DNA of 10,943 nucleotides from a virus (Duplodnaviria; Heunggongvirae; Uroviricota; Caudoviricetes): IMG/VR virus record IMGVR_UViG_2681813225_000022; one strand, 5' to 3'. Shown piece by piece: positions 8,537 to 10,943 of this stretch (position 1 is its first letter; each line of letters starts with the position of its first letter). The notes under the pieces were generated by a model. It saw only the letters and a program-made list of their open reading frames with translations, ran no database searches and was not told where the DNA came from. The position numbers and the translations under genes were made by a program.

Positions 8537-8848
8537 TTATTCGATGCGCACTCCTGGTATTTCGCCTTTTGATATTGCTAAGTCATAAATTTGCGCGGCA
8601 CTATACCCATCTCGCATCCATGAATCTAAGGCGCGAACAGCCTCGCTACGCTTTTTATCTTCTCTCTCATTTTTGATATCAACGAGGACATCAACGCAAT
8701 TAAGGCAAATGTGGATTTTGTCTTTACATTCGATCATGGCGGCTTTGCCATGATTTCCGCCACACAGTGAGCATAAATCTTCAGGGTCTGGCTGGTATTT
8801 CTGTAACGTTAGAGGGTTGAATGTTGAACAGGCCATAATCATCTCCAT
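8537..8848 (-). CDS. Small Cys-rich (putative zinc-binding) protein at the ea8.5 position; 103 aa from first ATG, or 99 aa from the Met at 8836
   Basis: Intact ORF with paired C-x2-C motifs (CSLCGG ... HICLNC). Start and both flanks match lambda as recalled (MEMI..., catctccataaaacaaaac...), but the ORF body does not. The in-frame ATG at 8836 has a better SD (GGAG, 6-nt spacer). Confidence 0.6.
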   Translation of the reverse strand: MEMIMACSTFNPLTLQKYQPDPEDLCSLCGGNHGKAAMIECKDKIHICLNCVDVLVDIKNEREDKKRSEAVRALDSWMRDGYSAAQIYDLAISKGEIPGVRIE

Positions 8849-9046
8849 AAAACAAAACTCGCCGTAGCGAGTTCAGATAAAAGAAATCCCCGCGAGTGCG
8901 AGGATAGTTATTCATTGTCGATATTTACATTTATTTCAAATATCTTTACTGGGTAATCGCCAAAGTCATATGTTTTTTATTCTGTTTTATAAGCACTACC
9001 AAGTACTGCTTATTACAAATAAGAAAAGGCTGAAAAAAATATTTAA

Positions 9047-9062
9047 GGCCACAACTGTGGCC
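9047..9062 (-). terminator. Putative intrinsic terminator (GGCCAC-aact-GTGGCC) downstream of the DUF1311-like gene
   Basis: Perfect 6-bp stem with 4-nt loop, 11 nt downstream of the stop at 9073; on the minus strand it is followed by TTAAATATTTTTTTC. Confidence 0.5.
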
Positions 9063-9072
9063 CTAAATTTAC

Positions 9073-9771
9073 TTACGGCACTGCGTTAATCAGATTACAA
9101 ATACCTCTTTTGGCAGGGTCTGAATTCAACTTCTGAAAATTGGCGTTCAACATGGCCGTGTGTAAGTGATTCTCAACCTCAAAGAATAGGTCGATTTTGC
9201 CCTCTTTGGCTGCCTGTTTCTTCCAAATATTCACTTGGTCATCAGCAATACGACTGGCGCAAGTGAACAAGAACGAACTGCCTCTAGGAATGGATGTCGT
9301 GCTGTAATACTCACCATCTACTTCTACATATTTAGCTCGGAATGACTCTAAGGTTAGCTCATTGCCGTTCTTGACCGACTTAGCTTCTGCCTTACTTGTT
9401 TCTTCCTGCTCTTCAGAATGTTTCTGCGCCGACGTGGGTATGTCATTGGCCGCTGTTACGCTGACTGAACTCCCCAAACCTTTGAGGCCATTAATTTGGA
9501 TAAGATAAGCCAGCTCCAGAGCCTTATTATCAGTGAGTTTTCCACGCATATTTACCCACTGACGTTGAACCATTTTTAGGGTGTCTGCGTTCTCTGGGTT
9601 TCCTTTGAGGGCACTAGAATAGGCAGAGCTAAGCTGTTCGTCTAATTTTGACAGACGTTCGTTATCGCAGATTTTATGTTCGATTGCTGTCGAAGCCTTT
9701 TGGCAGTCAAAGCTGGCTGCAAATGCACCCGGCGATGCCACTAACAATGATGCCAGTAGGATATTTTTCAT
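9073..9771 (-). CDS. Secreted two-domain protein: signal peptide + DUF1311/LprI-like (lysozyme-inhibitor-like) N-domain + C-domain of unknown function (232 aa)
   Basis: Start chosen at the Met at 9771 (MKNILLASLLVASPGAFA|AS: SPase I-type signal peptide, no lipobox), preceded by GGAG with a 5-nt spacer. The mature N-terminus FDCQKASTAIEHKICDNERLSKLDEQLSSAY...QRQW fits the DUF1311 pattern as I recall it. Visibly AT-richer than the flanking prophage genes. Confidence 0.7.
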   Translation of the reverse strand: MKNILLASLLVASPGAFAASFDCQKASTAIEHKICDNERLSKLDEQLSSAYSSALKGNPENADTLKMVQRQWVNMRGKLTDNKALELAYLIQINGLKGLGSSVSVTAANDIPTSAQKHSEEQEETSKAEAKSVKNGNELTLESFRAKYVEVDGEYYSTTSIPRGSSFLFTCASRIADDQVNIWKKQAAKEGKIDLFFEVENHLHTAMLNANFQKLNSDPAKRGICNLINAVP

Positions 9772-9901
9772 ATTCACTCCATAAATACAAAAGCGCAATA
9801 CTATAGCACTTAACCGATCGCTTATCTCGCCCGTTCGTCATTCTTATCTAACCAGAACATGCGACTGCCACAGCACATGTCGAGGATTGCTGCATGTCCA
9901 G

Positions 9902-10510
9902 TCACTGGTTGCCTCCTTTGCGAAGCTGGTCGGCGAACAAACGTACACCAGACGCTTCACTGCGTAGAAACTTAACGGCATCATCAAAACCACCTCGTTC
10001 TGCGTCGTCTGCTCCGTTGTCGAGGTTATCTGCGTACATCTCTACCCCCTGTGCCCGTACTTCAGCCAGGCATTTGCGAAACTCGGAAACGTACTGTTCG
10101 ACGCTCATTCCCCAGCTAAGTGGACATTCATTGAATGTTTCGCCTTCGTGCTCTTCATCAGGTAACTCTTTGGTAAAGAACTCACGCTCAATGGCGTGGA
10201 GTGTGTCAGCAAAACGACGTAAGTTACTCAAACCTGTCGTAATGGAGAATTCAGGAGCATCACATCCGACGCCCATCTGCTGATAAACTGCGGTTTTGAA
10301 GGCCTTCAGCCCCGCATTCTCCGCCGCCAGCGCCGCGCGACTGGCTTCCAGTTCTGTTATGCGCTTGTTGGCTGCTTCCCGTTCATCCAGCAGCGCCAGC
10401 ACAATCGATGGTGTTACCAGCTCATGGAAAAGGTCCGCATCAAATCCCCAGTCGTCATGCATTGCCTGCTCTGCCGCCTCACGCAGTGCCAGTGTGTCGA
10501 TGTTGCTCAT
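9902..10510 (-). CDS. Ea22-like prophage protein: lambda Ea22-type N-terminal module with a divergent coiled-coil/acidic C-terminal region (199 aa from the Met at 10510)
   Basis: MSNIDTLALREAAEQAMHDDWGFDADLFHELVTPSIVLALLDERE closely matches the lambda Ea22 N-terminus as I recall it; the remainder diverges. GAGGAGG SD 4 nt upstream of the ATG at 10510; that ATG overlaps the stop of the upstream remnant ORF (ATGA). The track's longer ORF (start 10534) is less likely. Confidence 0.78.
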   Translation of the reverse strand: MSNIDTLALREAAEQAMHDDWGFDADLFHELVTPSIVLALLDEREAANKRITELEASRAALAAENAGLKAFKTAVYQQMGVGCDAPEFSITTGLSNLRRFADTLHAIEREFFTKELPDEEHEGETFNECPLSWGMSVEQYVSEFRKCLAEVRAQGVEMYADNLDNGADDAERGGFDDAVKFLRSEASGVRLFADQLRKGGNQ

Positions 10511-10581
10511 TGTGCCTCCTCGATTTCGTCCCATTCCACCCAGGCATTCTCTCCATCAGCATCTATTTCACCTTTGTGAGC
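10507..10581 (-). pseudogene. 3'-terminal remnant of the prophage gene upstream of the ea22-like gene, truncated by IS insertion
   Basis: Minus-strand frame reads ...AHKGEIDADGENAWVEWDEIEEAQ* with the TGA overlapping the ea22-like ATG. The frame has no start and runs into the IS left end. Confidence 0.5.
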
Positions 10582-10653
10582 TGTAGTGGCACACTGAATT
10601 TGGCCACCTGAACAGAGGTGATATGCTCACCTCAGAACAACACAGGTGCTCCA

Positions 10654-10943
10654 ATGAAAAAAAGAAATTTCAGCGCAGAGTTTAAACGCGAATCCGCTCA
10701 ACTGGTTGTTGACCAGAACTACACGGTGGCAGATGCCGCCAAAGCTATGGATATCGGCCTTTCCACAATGACAATATGGGTCAAACAACTGCGTGATGAG
10801 CGTCAGGGCAAAACACCAAAAGCCTCTCCGATAACACCAGAACAAATCGAAATACGTGAGCTGAGGAAAAAGCTACAACGCATTGAAATGGAGAATGAAA
10901 TATTAAAAAAGGCTACTGTAGATTCAATTGGTCAACGCAACAG
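10654..10943 (+). CDS. IS3-family transposase OrfA (HTH/leucine-zipper N-terminal protein), 3'-partial at window end
   Basis: ATG at 10654; translation [87 protein letters not shown]... is recognisable as IS911-group OrfA. Absent from the ORF track because no stop is reached in the window. Confidence 0.85.
   Translation, partial: MKKRNFSAEFKRESAQLVVDQNYTVADAAKAMDIGLSTMTIWVKQLRDERQGKTPKASPITPEQIEIRELRKKLQRIEMENEILKKATVDSIGQRN
10905..10911 (+). promoter_or_regulatory. Programmed -1 ribosomal frameshift heptamer A-AAA-AAG in orfA
   Basis: A AAA AAG lies in the orfA zero frame (codons tta aaa aag), the canonical IS3-family/IS911 slippery site for producing the OrfAB transposase. Confidence 0.65.

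Larger units (their letters stand above)
7094..10581 (-). mobile_element. Left end of a lambda-type prophage (attL–int–xis–ea region), truncated by an IS element
   Basis: attL, lambda-type int/xis with the characteristic overlap, and ea8.5/ea22-position genes in lambda order; the backbone stops at the IS3-family left end. Confidence 0.8.
10582..10943 (+). mobile_element. IS3-family insertion sequence (IS911-like), left end; element continues beyond window
   Basis: Terminus begins TG (tgtagtggcacactgaatttggccacctg...), resembling the IS911 left inverted repeat as recalled, followed by orfA. Exact boundary uncertain within about 10 bp. Confidence 0.8.

Noticed and set aside
8317-8676. 119-aa plus-strand ORF spanning the xis / ea8.5-position junction
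   Set aside because: It overlaps two minus-strand genes and the terminator hairpin, has no RBS, and runs against the lambda-type gene organisation.
9902-10534. Longer 210-aa version of the Ea22-like ORF starting at 10534
   Set aside because: The upstream ATG lacks an SD and lies inside the preceding remnant ORF; the ATG at 10510 has a GAGGAGG SD and matches the lambda-type Ea22 N-terminus (MS.I...ALREAAEQA) as recalled.
9894-10586. Two plus-strand ORFs (129 aa and 96 aa), Ser/Ala/Arg-rich
   Set aside because: They are antisense to the Ea22-like gene, low-complexity, and lack credible RBSs; the typical shadow ORFs of a GC-biased coding region.
10627-10845. 72-aa minus-strand ORF ([10 protein letters not shown]...)
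   Set aside because: It is antisense to the recognisable IS3-family orfA and Cys/Trp-rich; spurious.

Overview
The window holds two things. The first is a chromosomal enterobacterial locus of the E. coli/Shigella ybhD–ybhH–ybhI–ybhJ–ybhC type (gene names recalled from E. coli K-12, not searched). The second is the left end of a lambda-type prophage integrated at the lambda attB site just upstream of ybhC. The chromosomal part: a divergently transcribed LysR regulator (partial), a PrpF-family isomerase, a DASS-family anion transporter, an aconitase-family hydratase that is broken by two frameshifts as given, an ERIC element, a REP/BIME cluster, and the pectinesterase-like lipoprotein ybhC. The prophage part (about 7094 to about 10581): attL with an intact core and P' arm, an intact lambda-type integrase, an xis that is frameshifted, a small Cys-rich protein at the ea8.5 position, a self-contained secreted DUF1311/LprI-like gene with its own RBS and terminator, and an Ea22-like protein. 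An IS3-family (IS911-like) element then cuts off the next prophage gene and runs off the window end. The most interesting candidate is the accessory cassette at 8537–10510, especially the secreted DUF1311-like gene at 9073–9771. I cannot establish novelty from sequence alone; all homology statements are from memory and pattern recognition and need database confirmation. Frameshifts could be real pseudogenisation or assembly errors.
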